Shown in pieces: positions 25,200 to 37,307 of a stretch of DNA of 64,000 nt. A program made the translations under genes and the position numbers. A model generated the notes under the pieces. That model saw nothing but the letters and a program-made list of their open reading frames with translations, did not search any database and had not been told where the DNA came from. This DNA is from Podospora anserina (Eukaryota). The stretch lies in NCBI GenBank assembly GCA_017654855.1, contig CM030335.1:930001-994000 (forward strand), given 5' to 3'. How positions within the stretch are numbered: position 1 is the stretch's first letter; the number at the start of each line of letters is the position of its first letter.

Positions 25200-26290
25200 T
25201 ATGTTGCGATTTTTGTGTCTCCGGTCTTGCTGATGCTTCTCTTGGAAGATCCATTCGCGTACAGGTGCGTATTTGTCATCGTTCCCCCAGGTCTCTATTA
25301 ACCATTGTGCATATTAATCCTGGTCACCTGCATGCCAGGCTTTGGATATCAACTCGCTCCAAGCACCAGTCGTGCGTTCATTGTTTTTCAAAGGCTGGAA
25401 GGGCCAGTACTGTAGGATGGGCGACATTGGCTTCTTGGGCTGATCTACACGGTGAAGAGGATGTACCTGCTTGTTGTAGTAGTAGAACAAACGGACGGCT
25501 GTGAAGCCTATAAAAGCAACCTACGAGTTCTTGTCTTTGCGAATGATGATTTTACTCGGATCGAGATTGTCCAAGCCAATGAGACGCTACCACCACAAAA
25601 GTCGCTCCGCGTCAATTACGCGTTTCAGTACAGACCTGCACTCCTCCTTGCCGACGTCTTGCTTTTGCAGGATTATATCCTCCATGGTGTCGCCGGTGAC
25701 ACGCTCGAGAAGGATCATACGCACCAAACGTAGACGGTCCGGAATATGGGTTTCGACCGCAAAAGTCCAGGCATCATAGTATTGGGGCGCTCCCCTATCG
25801 GAAATAGATGCTTCCTCCAGGTGATGTTCCATGACAATGTAGGACCTGGCTTCGAGGGCATAATCCAAGTCTGCGCGGGTCATGCAGTCCATATCTTCAT
25901 TGTAGTCTGAGTCGTCTTGGTCTGGGTCAGTTTGGTCCGGGTAATCAACCCCCTTGTAGATTTTGGCATGCGCTGCTCCGATGGGTTGCCTTTAAGGTGG
26001 CAGACCACCACAGTTGAACCACGTCCACGGTTTTTCTTTGATGGAATAAACTCATCAATTACAAGTATTTCTGATCGTGGTCGATGGGTCTAACGTTTCC
26101 CAAGGACAAGGGTCCTGTGGGGGGTTATTTAACGCAAAGTGGAGGCGATGGTCTCGATGAGCGACGTTGACTTTGGGAGTATTTCCCCATTACATCTGCC
26201 CAAAGGGCTCCGGTGGAATATGTGTTCGAATGTTGAGCTCGACGCCGGCTGCATAGCGCTCGCTGGGAGGGGGATCTGTGTTGATCCCAT
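25200..26290 (-). pseudogene. Fungal protein-kinase-like relic
   Basis: VVVCHL..AKIYKGVDY, ADLDYALEARSY, APQYYDAWT, VRMILLERVTG. In-frame stops and a degraded catalytic loop. Confidence 0.55.
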
Positions 26291-26852
26291 TGCGCAAAGG
26301 TGGTGTTTACAGAAAGCTGGTGTTCGTGAAAAAGAAAATCGAATGAATGCCCAAAAATTAAACAGGAGAGAAGTAGGCCAGCGCACACCACCGTTAACCT
26401 GCCACAAATGTGGGTTAGGGTTTGGAAGTGGCGTTAGGCAATAAAAAACACATGGGAATCTGGTGGTGGCAGCTGTAAGGAATTAGGCTTCACTTGGCGC
26501 TAAGCGCCACTCCCGAGTACATGATTTGTTTTCATGCTCAAGTATCCTCCTTAAACACTCTCCCCGCCCTGCCCCTGACCCTCTTTATTTTTGCAACCAT
26601 CCTTTTACCCCTGACTGTTGCCCCGCCATCATTGGATATGTTTTACTTTGTAAACCGAGCACCTCGCTCTTGAGAATGCGGGTGCCTGATATTACCCCGC
26701 ATTTGCCGACATGAAGAGCTGCTGTGCCGCGAAGAATGGGATAGTTATGCCCTCGCCCATCTGGCTTGCGGAAATTGCTTTACTGTTCGGCATCATATAC
26801 CAACCTGGGAGTTTCTAGGCGGCTTTCACCCTCTCCCACGCGACGACACACC

Positions 26853-27842
26853 ATGTCACTCATAGAACTTCCAGCCGAGATCCTTCTTCAAATCTTCGAC
26901 CATGTGGGCTCATCATACTTCCGCTCAGATCTATCACGCCTCAGAGTCTGTAAGCGATGGAACGGACTTGCCCATATCGTGTGCTTTCGCGAGGCCTGCA
27001 TCACGACCAAGATGCTACGAAGAATGGCGTCGTCTCCGTACGCGGAATCAAGTCTCCGCGAGATGGAGATTCTCGACCTGAACCTGGAAGGCTTCGGCAC
27101 TGTCCGGCCGGGGACTGTCTTGGACCCGAAAGATTCCAGCTGGAATTACGTCCCGGATCAATCGTCATTGCAAAGGAGGACAATGGAACTAAACGACGAT
27201 CTCGTCCACCTCGCCACCATCATCAAACAATCCCGAAAATTACGCACCCTGCGCATCAAAGCTATCAAGTCATCGAACCCTGTTTTTGAAGTCCGAGAGA
27301 CGTACCTCTTCCCATCCACGCTACGCGCCTTGCTCCTATCAACCAGCAACCTGACCGCCCTGGAGCTAGACCTCTACGGTACTCGACCAGAACCAGAGGG
27401 TCATCCCCACCACGGCGATGACGGCCACGTCTGCCCGATGATCGGCGCGCTTCTCCCAACGTTGCAGCGTCTACGGCTGCGCGTGCGCACCATCTGCGCC
27501 GATGCCCTTAGACCCCCGCGAGACTTCCCCGGTCCTCTTCCTTTGCGTGTGCTGCTCGTTGACTTTGTTTTGACCGAGGAGCTGGCAAACGAAAAGTCAA
27601 GGTTCACCGCACGCTGCGGTGGCCCGGGGAGATTTGTCAGGTTGGCCCAGGTGGTGAGAGGGGCTGTTCTGAGCCGGGCGCGGGCTCTTTTGCCGCATAC
27701 GTCTGCTCCCAAGATGGTGAGGATACTGACGGGTACGTTTTCGGGCGATGAGATTCAAGGGATCGATGTGTTGACTGGTAAGAATATTAAAGTCAAAAAG
27801 GGTGCGGAGTGGGATGATGATTCTGAGGTCATGATTGATTGA
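26853..27842 (+). CDS. F-box protein with LRR-like C-terminus
   Basis: MSLIELPAEILLQIFDHV...LRVCKRW F-box; LxxLxL repeats (LRTLRI, LTALELDL, LQRLRLR). Confidence 0.8.
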   Translation: MSLIELPAEILLQIFDHVGSSYFRSDLSRLRVCKRWNGLAHIVCFREACITTKMLRRMASSPYAESSLREMEILDLNLEGFGTVRPGTVLDPKDSSWNYVPDQSSLQRRTMELNDDLVHLATIIKQSRKLRTLRIKAIKSSNPVFEVRETYLFPSTLRALLLSTSNLTALELDLYGTRPEPEGHPHHGDDGHVCPMIGALLPTLQRLRLRVRTICADALRPPRDFPGPLPLRVLLVDFVLTEELANEKSRFTARCGGPGRFVRLAQVVRGAVLSRARALLPHTSAPKMVRILTGTFSGDEIQGIDVLTGKNIKVKKGAEWDDDSEVMID

Positions 27843-28013
27843 ATTGTACCTAGGAAAGGGAGGAGTTCAGGATTCGTGACCTTAATTTGACCATGATCAG
27901 TAGCTACCGACCTACTTATTATGTGAGGACGCTAAACTCTCTTATCTGTGCTCAAAGTGGGTAGCTCGCGAGCGAGCATTGTGGCTGGTATATTTAAATA
28001 GATGCTGTTGGCT

Positions 28014-29360
28014 TTACCTCTTGCCTTTGCCAGGCCCTTGAGCCTTTGTCATGTATTTATTTGCCCTCTTTGGCGCCTTTCCCCAGGGTTTATCGCCTTT
28101 GCTCACCGCCTTGGGTTTGAGCCACTCAGGTGTTTCTACCGTCACCTTGGCTTTGAGCCACTCAGGTTTTTCTACAGTCACCATGTCCCTATCTCCTATG
28201 GATTTATCCATCGCCTTCATATCTTCCACAGATGCTGCTCCACGTGGTGACGGCCCTAACCTCCTCAACTCCTCGTCATTCTCCCACTTGCGGAACTTGA
28301 TATAGTGATACAGATTTTGCGTCCCCCTTGGGCACTTCAGCCCCAACTCCCTCGCCTTCTTGATAAGCCAGCCGCAGATGTAGTCAATCTCAGTCTCTCG
28401 GCCACCCTCCACATCCTGCAACATGGAGCTCCGGTTCTCACCGGTGCGATCGGCCAGCAGAAGAGCCTCTCTGAGCAAGGCTAGATCCGACCAGGCCTCG
28501 TCAAGTTTTGGGTTTCCCGAGGGTAGGTCGAGCACGGCACGGACAATGGGGCCGATTTCTGCCACTAGTAAAGACGGCCTGTACTCGGCGGTGATGCCAG
28601 TGACTGGATGGTCCGGCAGAGCCCTGAATCTTTCCAAACTCCGAAGCCAACCGTTGGGGCATCTATGTACGACCGTCAGGGGGTTGATGACAGCGTTCAT
28701 GACCAGCTTGCGCAGCCGGGCGAGTTTGATCTTTTCATAGTCCAGAAACTCGGTCCGAAGGGTTGGGTGACATTTCTCGAGGGCCCGACGAAGGGGATGT
28801 TTCTTTTCTATCTCCTGACTCTCGCTGAAGGGTCCGATGTTGAGCGGGCCGGACCCAGCCACTTGGAAGGTGAAGGGGCAGACTGGGCGGGTAGGGTCGC
28901 CGCGGCCAAAGACGCCAGTGCTGCAGACGCCTGCCCAGTATGAGGGGCGGTGCTCTGGGGATCGGAAGGCGAGGATCTGGGAGTCAAGTTCTTCCTTGAC
29001 ACCCATGCCGTTCTGCAGCAGCAAGACGGTCGAGTTGCGATCGAGGCGGGGTGAAAGGAAGCCGACAGGAGTGAGTGTTTGCTGGCCCTTTGTTGCGACG
29101 ATCAGATTGCTGATGTGTGGTGAGCCAGGCCTGGACTGTCCGATCCACTCGGCTCTGAAGCCGGATTTGGAGTCTTGGGTGTGTTCATCGATCCATTTTG
29201 TGATTTTCCTGCCGCCGTCGACGAACTTGTCGTAGGAGTCTTTTTTGCGGAAGATCAAGGTCACGGGAAGTCTTGGGTAGTGTGTTGCCAGTGCGTGCGC
29301 GACATATTTGCCGAGGTTTCCAACCCCGAGGATATGGATGGCACGATCTGACAGCAACAT
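28014..29360 (-). CDS. Ketopantoate reductase (PanE/ApbA) family protein; start may lie further upstream
   Basis: IHILGVGNLG, LIVATK, LLLQNGMG, KLVMNAVINPLT, NRSSMLQDVEGGRETEIDYICG. Confidence 0.88.
   Translation of the reverse strand: MLLSDRAIHILGVGNLGKYVAHALATHYPRLPVTLIFRKKDSYDKFVDGGRKITKWIDEHTQDSKSGFRAEWIGQSRPGSPHISNLIVATKGQQTLTPVGFLSPRLDRNSTVLLLQNGMGVKEELDSQILAFRSPEHRPSYWAGVCSTGVFGRGDPTRPVCPFTFQVAGSGPLNIGPFSESQEIEKKHPLRRALEKCHPTLRTEFLDYEKIKLARLRKLVMNAVINPLTVVHRCPNGWLRSLERFRALPDHPVTGITAEYRPSLLVAEIGPIVRAVLDLPSGNPKLDEAWSDLALLREALLLADRTGENRSSMLQDVEGGRETEIDYICGWLIKKARELGLKCPRGTQNLYHYIKFRKWENDEELRRLGPSPRGAASVEDMKAMDKSIGDRDMVTVEKPEWLKAKVTVETPEWLKPKAVSKGDKPWGKAPKRANKYMTKAQGPGKGKR
28109..28181. 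repeat. Two 36-bp tandem copies in the PanE-like C-terminal tail
   Basis: Encodes VTVEKPEWLKAK / VTVETPEWLKPK. Confidence 0.85.
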
Positions 29361-29523
29361 GGTGGATTGACTGAGTGCGAGTTGCGGTTGAAATCTGGGT
29401 CTTCGGCCACTTAAAATTTGCGCCGAGCCAGTTGATGCACTACCAATTTTGCCGCTCACCTTCTTTTATAAACCTGTTTTTTCTCGTCTTTGCCAAGCTA
29501 TGACAGGTGTCAACATCTGTAAA

Positions 29524-29605
29524 TTTTCCGTAGTATAGTGGTCAGTATGTGAGCTTGTCATTCCAACAAACGCTCGAGACCCGGGTTCAATCTCCGGCGG
29601 GAGAG
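29524..29605 (+). tRNA. tRNA-Asp(GTC) with short intron; possibly degenerate
   Basis: tagtatagtggtcagta D arm, tgagc-ttGTCa anticodon arm, ~10-nt intron, ccgggTTCAATc T arm; several G-U pairs. Confidence 0.8.
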
Positions 29606-29928
29606 TATGCCATGTTCTTTTTCCTCTATATCGTAGCTGATGCTATTTTTTGCAGTTCTATGCTTTTTGGCTTTTTCTAGAAGCGCATGGCAGACTAATT
29701 CAGAACAGTAATATCAGGCACCCGCATTCTCAAGAGTGAGGTGCTCGTAAAAGATATCCACTGTTGGCAAGGCAACAGTCAGGGGTGCAAACACAACACA
29801 AAGAAGCGTCCAACTGAAAGACATGAATGACTTGAACATTTAGCTATCTGAATGATCCAGCGCATCTATAGTTCGAACTGAATCAAATTCATCAATGTTT
29901 TGCATACCAAGAGAACAGTTCCAGACTG

Positions 29929-30785
29929 CTAAATCTTACCCCCCGAAAAGAAAGCACGATCTCGGTCCGGATTCCCAATGAAAAAAGGCTTGGCGACTTG
30001 TTGTGTATAGTACGCATAACCTGACTCGGACCGCGACAGCTGTTTCTTTGGGAGTGCAGGGCGAGTATACGCTCCCTGAAGGGTCCACTGCGGTGCGATG
30101 GCGGGTAAGAATGGTAGCCCGCCATACAAGGGCTGTTGCGGCGGATATGATTGTGGGGGAGGATATAATTGTGGGGAAGGATATGATTGTTGATCAGAAT
30201 ATGATTATTCCCCAGTATATGACTGTTCACCAGTATATGATTATTGAGCAGGGTACGCCGATACCATCGTCCGAACCGACATTCTGGATGAAGATCTTAA
30301 ACCTTGTCTGGAAGAACCTTGGCTAGACGAGCCATGCCTCGACGAAGATCGGTAAGAGGGGTTGTGGCTCGAAGAGGTGCGCCTCGAAGAACGGTGTCTC
30401 GATGAGCCGGACATCACGGAGCTTGTTCTTGGGGTTTCTGACCTGTCTGAATACGAGTATCCTGGCGGTAAATCCTCTGGCTCCCAAACGTAAACTCCCG
30501 CCACAGACTCGCCCGCCACAGATGCGCCGGAGGCTGGAGGAGATGCACTCCCTACATTGAACTGGATGAAAAAAGTTTGAAATAGTTAAGGTCTTTGAGC
30601 CTGGGGATTTGGGAGGGGCGAGGATGAGGTGGTACTAGCATGCCAGCATCGGTACCACCGGAGTAATAATCGCACTGCTGCTGGGAAGAAGAACCAGCAG
30701 GAGCATTCTTGTAGTATGCCTCCCATGCTTTTCTTCGGCGTTCTTCTTCTGTTTCGCGGTGGCGCCTACCTGAGTGACATGACAT
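29929..30785 (-). pseudogene. Low-complexity Ser/Arg- and QSY-repeat protein gene with two nonsense codons
   Basis: ORFs 30241-30519 and 29929-30129 are in the same frame, separated by the 18-bp repeat with TAA at 30241-30243 and 30205-30207. Probable first exon starts at 30785. Confidence 0.45.
30144..30251. repeat. Six 18-bp tandem repeats
   Basis: gatatgattgtgggggag / gatataattgtggggaag / gatatgattgttgatcag / aatatgattattccccag / tatatgactgttcaccag / tatatgattattgagcag. Confidence 0.9.
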
Positions 30786-31608
30786 GGTGAAGTTGGTATG
30801 AAGTTTGCGGCAGGCGCAGAGTATTGAGGTGGATGGTCAAGTCGAGAAAGGCAGGTGCCCATGGTGGAGGAATTGAGTGCCCGTTGGCGCAAGGGGGCCA
30901 TGACATATATACTTGACAAAACCAGAATCACGGTGTTGGTCTGTACTAAGAAGAGGTGAAACGGCTTGTTACAGAGTCGTTCGAGTGGTTCGAGTGTTCG
31001 ACGGGAGATCGTCAGCTGCGTTTGTTGAGCACCGCCATGACACCATACGTGCGGGGTTTAACGGCCGTTAAATATGAGGTTGATGACCCTCGTGACGCCT
31101 GGGGTGAGGGCCATGTGGGGTTCGTGGTGCGGTGTGGATGGAAGGTATCGTCGGAATAAATGGAGTCTGACTTGAACAATGTACCCTGGAAGAATATTTG
31201 AGCATATGTATTAGAGGCAATCCAGCGGTGGGATGAAGCCTTAACCAAGGTTCAATCAAGGGCCTTTCAAGGCAAGATTACGCTATATATACCTGACTGA
31301 AGCTTGGATAAGGGAACATGAAAGGTCGGATCACAGGTAATGGACTCAGATCAGTGATAATGGATGCTCGGATCAGGGTAATGGAAACATTAGGTAGGTG
31401 CAACATAAAAAAGAAATCACAGAGAGAGGCGGTAAAGACTTAGAAACAAGGTGATGGGAACTTACCTAAGTACGTTATGAGAGAAGTTATGGAAGCTCAG
31501 ACTAATAGGACTGTAAGCCGAGATGATAGATGATAAAGTCTAAGACAGGTGGTGATAAAGGTCCAGATAACATATTTATTTGGACTACCTACTGAACGAT
31601 ATCCCGAT

Positions 31609-33043
31609 TCAAATCCGAGCCATAAGCCACGCTTTCCTCTCCTCCGAACCTTCAGGCCCGACCTCCGCCAGTTTCTTGTTTTACAACTCCTGGATGGTCA
31701 CATACATCGTCAGCAAGTCCCCCCCAATACTTTGCATCAACAACTCGTCCTTCAGAAGCAGCTGAAACGCCTCGTCGGGTTTAGTAGGAAGCTGCTCGGT
31801 CACCCCAAGTTCCAGCCTCTCCTCCTCTGTCAACATCGCCACATCAACTGTCGACTCGCACGGTTAGCATATCCACACTTTTTGTTTCTCAAATTCGAAA
31901 AGAAACCTCACCCTGGCAATCCCTCACCCCCAACTCCAACCCCCTCCTCACACCCTCCACCCCAGCGATCATTACCCCCGCCACGAACAAATACATCTGC
32001 GCCTACGCATCCGGCAACCTCACCTCCCAACACCCCCTCCCCCTCTTCCTAACCGGCCCCTCCCTGTTATCCGTCCCCCAAGAAACCCACCTCCCCGCGC
32101 ACCACTGCCCCGCCCTCGTCCGGGCATACCCCTCCGGCCTAGGCATAGCAAACGCGCACAACGCCCCCAAATGCTTCATCACCCCAGCGAGGAAGCTCTC
32201 CTCCACCTCCCCAACCTCACCCCGCAGACTCTGCACCGAAATATTCGTGTGCAACCCGTTGATCTCGGGCATGGTGGGATTAAACAGCACCTCAATCCCA
32301 TTCTCCCTACACACTCGTCGGGTGGTCTCCTTGGCGGTGACGAGACCGTCTACTGCTTCCATGGGGGGCAAGTGGCCTCGCACCAGCTCGTAGGCATTGT
32401 CGCTTCCCTCGCAGTGGAATTGTTCAATGGGGACTTTTGCCGCGGACTCGAGCTGTTTGGTGATGGTGGATAGCACGGGGAGCATGAAGGACTCTATGGC
32501 GCGGAGGCCGGAGGAGGCGTGGATTTCTGCCGTTTTGGCACTGTGTTTGGACTGAACGGCGCTGAATTCGAGCTCGAAGCCGACTCGGAAGTAGAGGCCG
32601 ATTTCCTCGCCTGCTTGGATGGCTTGGAGCAGAGCGCGGCGGGGGCAGAAAGGGGCGGAAAAGGTGAGGGGGGAGTGGTGGATGTCTTGATGGAGGGGGG
32701 TTCCTTTGCCAAAGTAGCATAAAAGAACGGCGTGTTCTTCTGCGGTGTTCAGGCTCGGGCAAAGGTGGATGGTGTTGAAGTCGGGGAGGAGGAAGCTCTG
32801 TCCTGCAGGGCGGCCAGGGTCGACGTTTGTGAGTGGGAGCCCGATGTCAATGAGGCACAGATAGTGTCGGCACAGGGCAAGGTTTGTTTTGGCTTCGAGA
32901 AGGGCCTGGAAGTGGCGGAGGGTGAGAATCCGGACCCGGACGGTGGAGGTGTAGTCTGTCCATTGAAGATGGATGAATTGTACTGATGGGTGCCACGTGA
33001 TGAAGGCCGCGAATTTATCGTAACCATCGATGATGAGAGCCAT
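31609..33043 (-). pseudogene. Glutamine synthetase-like (FluG C-domain type) gene with premature stops
   Basis: FIHLQWTDY, CPRRAL, VGFELEF, EQFHCE, NGLHTNIS, WGTDNREGPVR, WEVRLPD. TAG at 32003-32005 and TAA at 31681-31683, with coding-like sequence continuing to 31609. Confidence 0.8.
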
Positions 33044-36000
33044 CTTGACGCCAGGTGAAGGTTAATTTGGCATACCAAACGGAGCAAAATTTCTTCGCCG
33101 ATTCAAATGTTGGACTTGGAAGATCTAGTCTATGCCTGAGCCTGAAAAGATGACTTGTGTCAGCAGTGTAGGTAGCTATGTAGCCCCAAAAATAATGACA
33201 TTGGCAGCCCGCTTATTGCATATGCAACCGGACATGCAGCTCTGGTGTGTTGGGTACAACGAAACACAGGAGTTGGCACACGAACAGGTAGAACGCTGTA
33301 TTATAGGATCTCCGCAAGGCAGCAGTGGTCTTGTAGGAATGCATTCTGCTTATTATCCAGCCATACAGGGAGAAGGACAGAGGTCAGCATGCCCGTGACT
33401 AGTCACACAGACATACACAGCCTCCACTTGCATGCTGCCACATCCCTTCGTTCACAAGAGACCCGGGACTGTGCCCGCATTAGGGGAGCCTGATAGCTCG
33501 GAAGGTTGGGAACCCCGCCTCCACTCCACGTCTCGGGATAGAGATGTCCGAGCCTTGCCTACCACCCTTGCCACAAAATAATTGAGACACTCCCTAGTAA
33601 AGTAGGTGGGCATGGCTTGAAGGATAGTCCATAGGTCTTTAAAGATAATTCATAAGCTTTTAAACATGGTCTAAAGGCCTTAAAAGATTGTTTAAAGGCC
33701 TATTAATCTACTTTTGAGGTATATGTCAGTTCACAGTATAGTATGGGTTAGCTTTCTTTTGCTGTCTCAATTATCTTGTGGGGAGGGTGCCTATCCACCT
33801 ACACAACCTTTGGTGTGTATAGGGAGTATAGTTCATATCTTACAGAATATATGGTCCATTGCTTCCGCGCATGGGACAAGCATGGCATCGAGATCTTGCG
33901 ATTTCTCTTGAGAAAGCTAGGATGTGAGAGCTGTGGTGTTGAAAATGACGATCAGGTAGCTAACCGACAGAAGTAGAAGTACGGTAGATGCAAATTTCCA
34001 CGTTCCATGATACAAACCTGACCCGGTTCCATCGCTCTTCACCATTACTTTCAGCGCCACTGCATATGCACCAACCCATCATAATCCTTCTCCGTCGGTG
34101 TCCTCCCCTGATCCTCCGATCGAGAAAAGTACAACGTCTCAGCCTCCTGCAGCAGCATCTCCGCTTCTGCCTCTCTGCTCTCATCCTCATATAAAGCCTT
34201 AGAAAGCTTGTAGAGACAGCGGGCATGCTCACCCACCATGTCTTCCTTGTGGAGGTTCGTAATCACCATCGCGTCTGTGATGTGTTTTCTTTGAACGACA
34301 AACCCTTAGCCACGCTCTCATGCTAAAGTCATGGGCTGCCTCAGGGTACTTACATGGAAGCTTGCACGTTTCCCTGGTCTAGAGCGCAGCATCCGGTCCG
34401 GTACATGCACGCGGCGTTGAAATAGCTCGTTCGAGCCTGCTGCTTCGAAAGCCACAGGTTCTGAGCCTGCATAAAGTACGACTCGGCATTGGAGAAGTTC
34501 TTTTCTTCCATTTCGATTCTGCCGATCAGAAAGCTCGCGCTGTGTGGTGTGAGATAGCCGGTTAGGAACACCGCATTTCCATCGTTTTGTTCAAGAGGGA
34601 AAGATGGAAGGAAGATTAATAAGAGCACTTACTATGCCGCATTGGCCCACTGCTCCCCTTGATTCCGCATGTACTCTTTGTAGGGCCCTTCAATCTCCGC
34701 CCGCGCCTCCTTCAACCGGCCCATATACAACAAACACGTAGCCATGCTCATCTTTTGGAACGGAGAGTACGGCCTTCTAGGCGGGTCCGAAGGTTTGGCC
34801 GATTCTGACCACCGTTTCCAAGTTGCAGCAGCCTTCTTAAACCATTCATATGCCTTATCGAGCTCCATCATGGTAACGTACGCCTCGCCAATGTTGTGCT
34901 CGGACCATGACACCTCCATCTGGTCGCCATCCGGTTCCCGGATCCGAATCTCAAGTGACTTCTCAAGACACTTGAGCCCCTTCCTGTGGTAGCCGCTGCG
35001 GAGATAGAGCTGACCCAAGTACGATGGAATCGAGGACAACATGTCCCAAAGCCGCTCCTCGCCTTGTAGGGTGAGGATCGCCTCCTGATTGACTTCGCAG
35101 ACTTCTTTGAGCTCTTCAAACTCGTGCTGCTCGAGAAGGTAACTGCCATGAAGGGTAGATTGTTTAGTCAGGTCCCTAATCATCATATGGCACGGGTGGG
35201 GGGTGTTCTTGCGGTTGACTTCCTCGTTTCTGTTCAGGATACAAAGGACTCACCGTTCACAGGTAGTAGCAACCTCACAAAACTCCCTACACGTATGAAA
35301 CTTTGGGTTCCTCAATCGCTCCTGTCTAAACATCTTGGAAAGAGCCAGGATATGTGGCACATAAACACTACACCGTTCCCAGTGTTCGTGCAGGTGAGGC
35401 GCCCGTTCCGGAAAGGCGAGAAACACAAGCTTGGACGCCATACGATGAGCCTTTGCTCGGCCTTCCTCTCCCAGAAAGTCCTGAAAATGGCTCTGGATTA
35501 GCCTGTGGCACGACAGTTCGCATGTGTCTCTGTCCTTCTTGACCAGGGACAAAGTTTGGAGTTCCACAACCGCTTCGGAAAGGCTATTTCGTGTCAGCTC
35601 ATGGCCATCATGTTTTAACATCGTGAAGTAGGTAAGAACAGGAGGATTCACGTCAGGACATCTCCACACCACGGCAGCTCCGTTGCCAACTTTCCCGGCT
35701 CTCCGGGCTGAAAGAGCATCTCCGGTATCCGATCCGCACTGCAGCACGAAATGACCGCCAGAATCGAACTCGCGTTGACGCTCAAGTTCTGAAAAGAGAT
35801 CTGCCAGACTGGGCCGATACCGTTCTGTCCAAACTCCGGGGCGCGGTCATAGATCTCGACCAGCTGGCCTATGGTCCAGCCGCGCTTGTGAATAACAGCC
35901 GCCATCCTGTCTAGAGCCAAAGCGTGGCCGCTGAGCCTCTCTGAGAGCTCTAGCGCTGAGTTGAACTGGCTGGCCAAGACATCGGCGCTGATGTGATCGG

Positions 36001-37307
36001 CGAGTAGATGGATAATACACTTGGCGCCGTTGTCGATGTCCCAAGTCTCAACTTCAATTCCGATTTCTGCCGGCTCCCAGGCAAGATCGGTGTTGCGAGT
36101 GGTGATCAAGGCGTGACCATTTGCCGCTAGGTTGGGCCAGTGCGTGACGAGGACGTCGAAAGATTCTACATTGTCGTAGACTATCAACCATTTGGCCTCT
36201 GCAATGATTTGAATTTGAATCATCAGTTCGGTATCTCCAACATTTCTTCAACACTGAGATAAGAGGCTAATACGAACTCGTCTGTTGCAACCAGGTCATA
36301 ACAAGCAGTCGGTTGTCGTCATGGTTGTGAGGAACATAGCCTGGCAGCTGGAGCCTTCCCGCAATATCGGAAAAGCTTTGCTTGACCTTGATCTTTGTCT
36401 CCGCCTCAACCCAAAGCACCGCATTAATTTTATGTTGCTTGTATCGAGCTTGGGCATAACGTATATTATAAGCGAGCGACCAATATAAGCGAGCGACCAC
36501 TTTTTCACAACCTTTATATCATTATCCTCAATTACTACACAACCATAGTAAGAAGCAACCATAATTACATCCGAAATAGCTGAATCAGACAATTCTATAG
36601 CCTCCTGGCAAGTGCGCGCATTATGGCCAGGCTTACCGCACACACCACAGCACTGAACCTTCGTACGAGCCCCCCCTACACCACCGCCATCCGGCTATAT
36701 TTCTTCCACTACCTCCCCACCCACGGCCTTCTGGTCCAGTAGATCCTGTGTATCTTGCACAGTAAGTGATCCTCCGAGCCGTACACGTGTTTTTTTAGCT
36801 CTCCGGCGCTTACTTAGTGCCTCATTAGCCTTACGGAGCGAAGAGACCTCTGCCTGTAAGAGGGCCACTTAGTACATTACAGCTATCGTACCCTTAGTAA
36901 ATTAATCTATAGCACCTAATATTAAAATCGGGAAACTATTTTAATAATTAATAATACGAGTTTTAATAAGCGTGGAGTATAAGTTAGCTTTTCGGGGGTT
37001 TTATAGTATTTAAAATACCTAAGGGAGTACCGTACCCGGCTTTAAGGATAGGGGTATTAACGTACGAAACTTTATATTTAATTTAAAAAGTACCCTCTTT
37101 AAATTACATAATATAAGGCTAGTATCTATAAAACTATTTTATATATTTTTTTCCGTTATAGAAGCGAAAAAGGTTTTGCGGAAAGTATAAAGAAACTCGA
37201 GCTTACTTATATAATTAATATATATATATATTAAACCCTCGATCTAACGGCCGTATACCTATTTTAGCGGTCTAAAGCAACTAATATTAAGTAGCTGGAG
37301 GAGGTAG

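Noticed and set aside
30144-30251. CRISPR-like array
   Set aside because: Eukaryotic coding minisatellite with no spacers.
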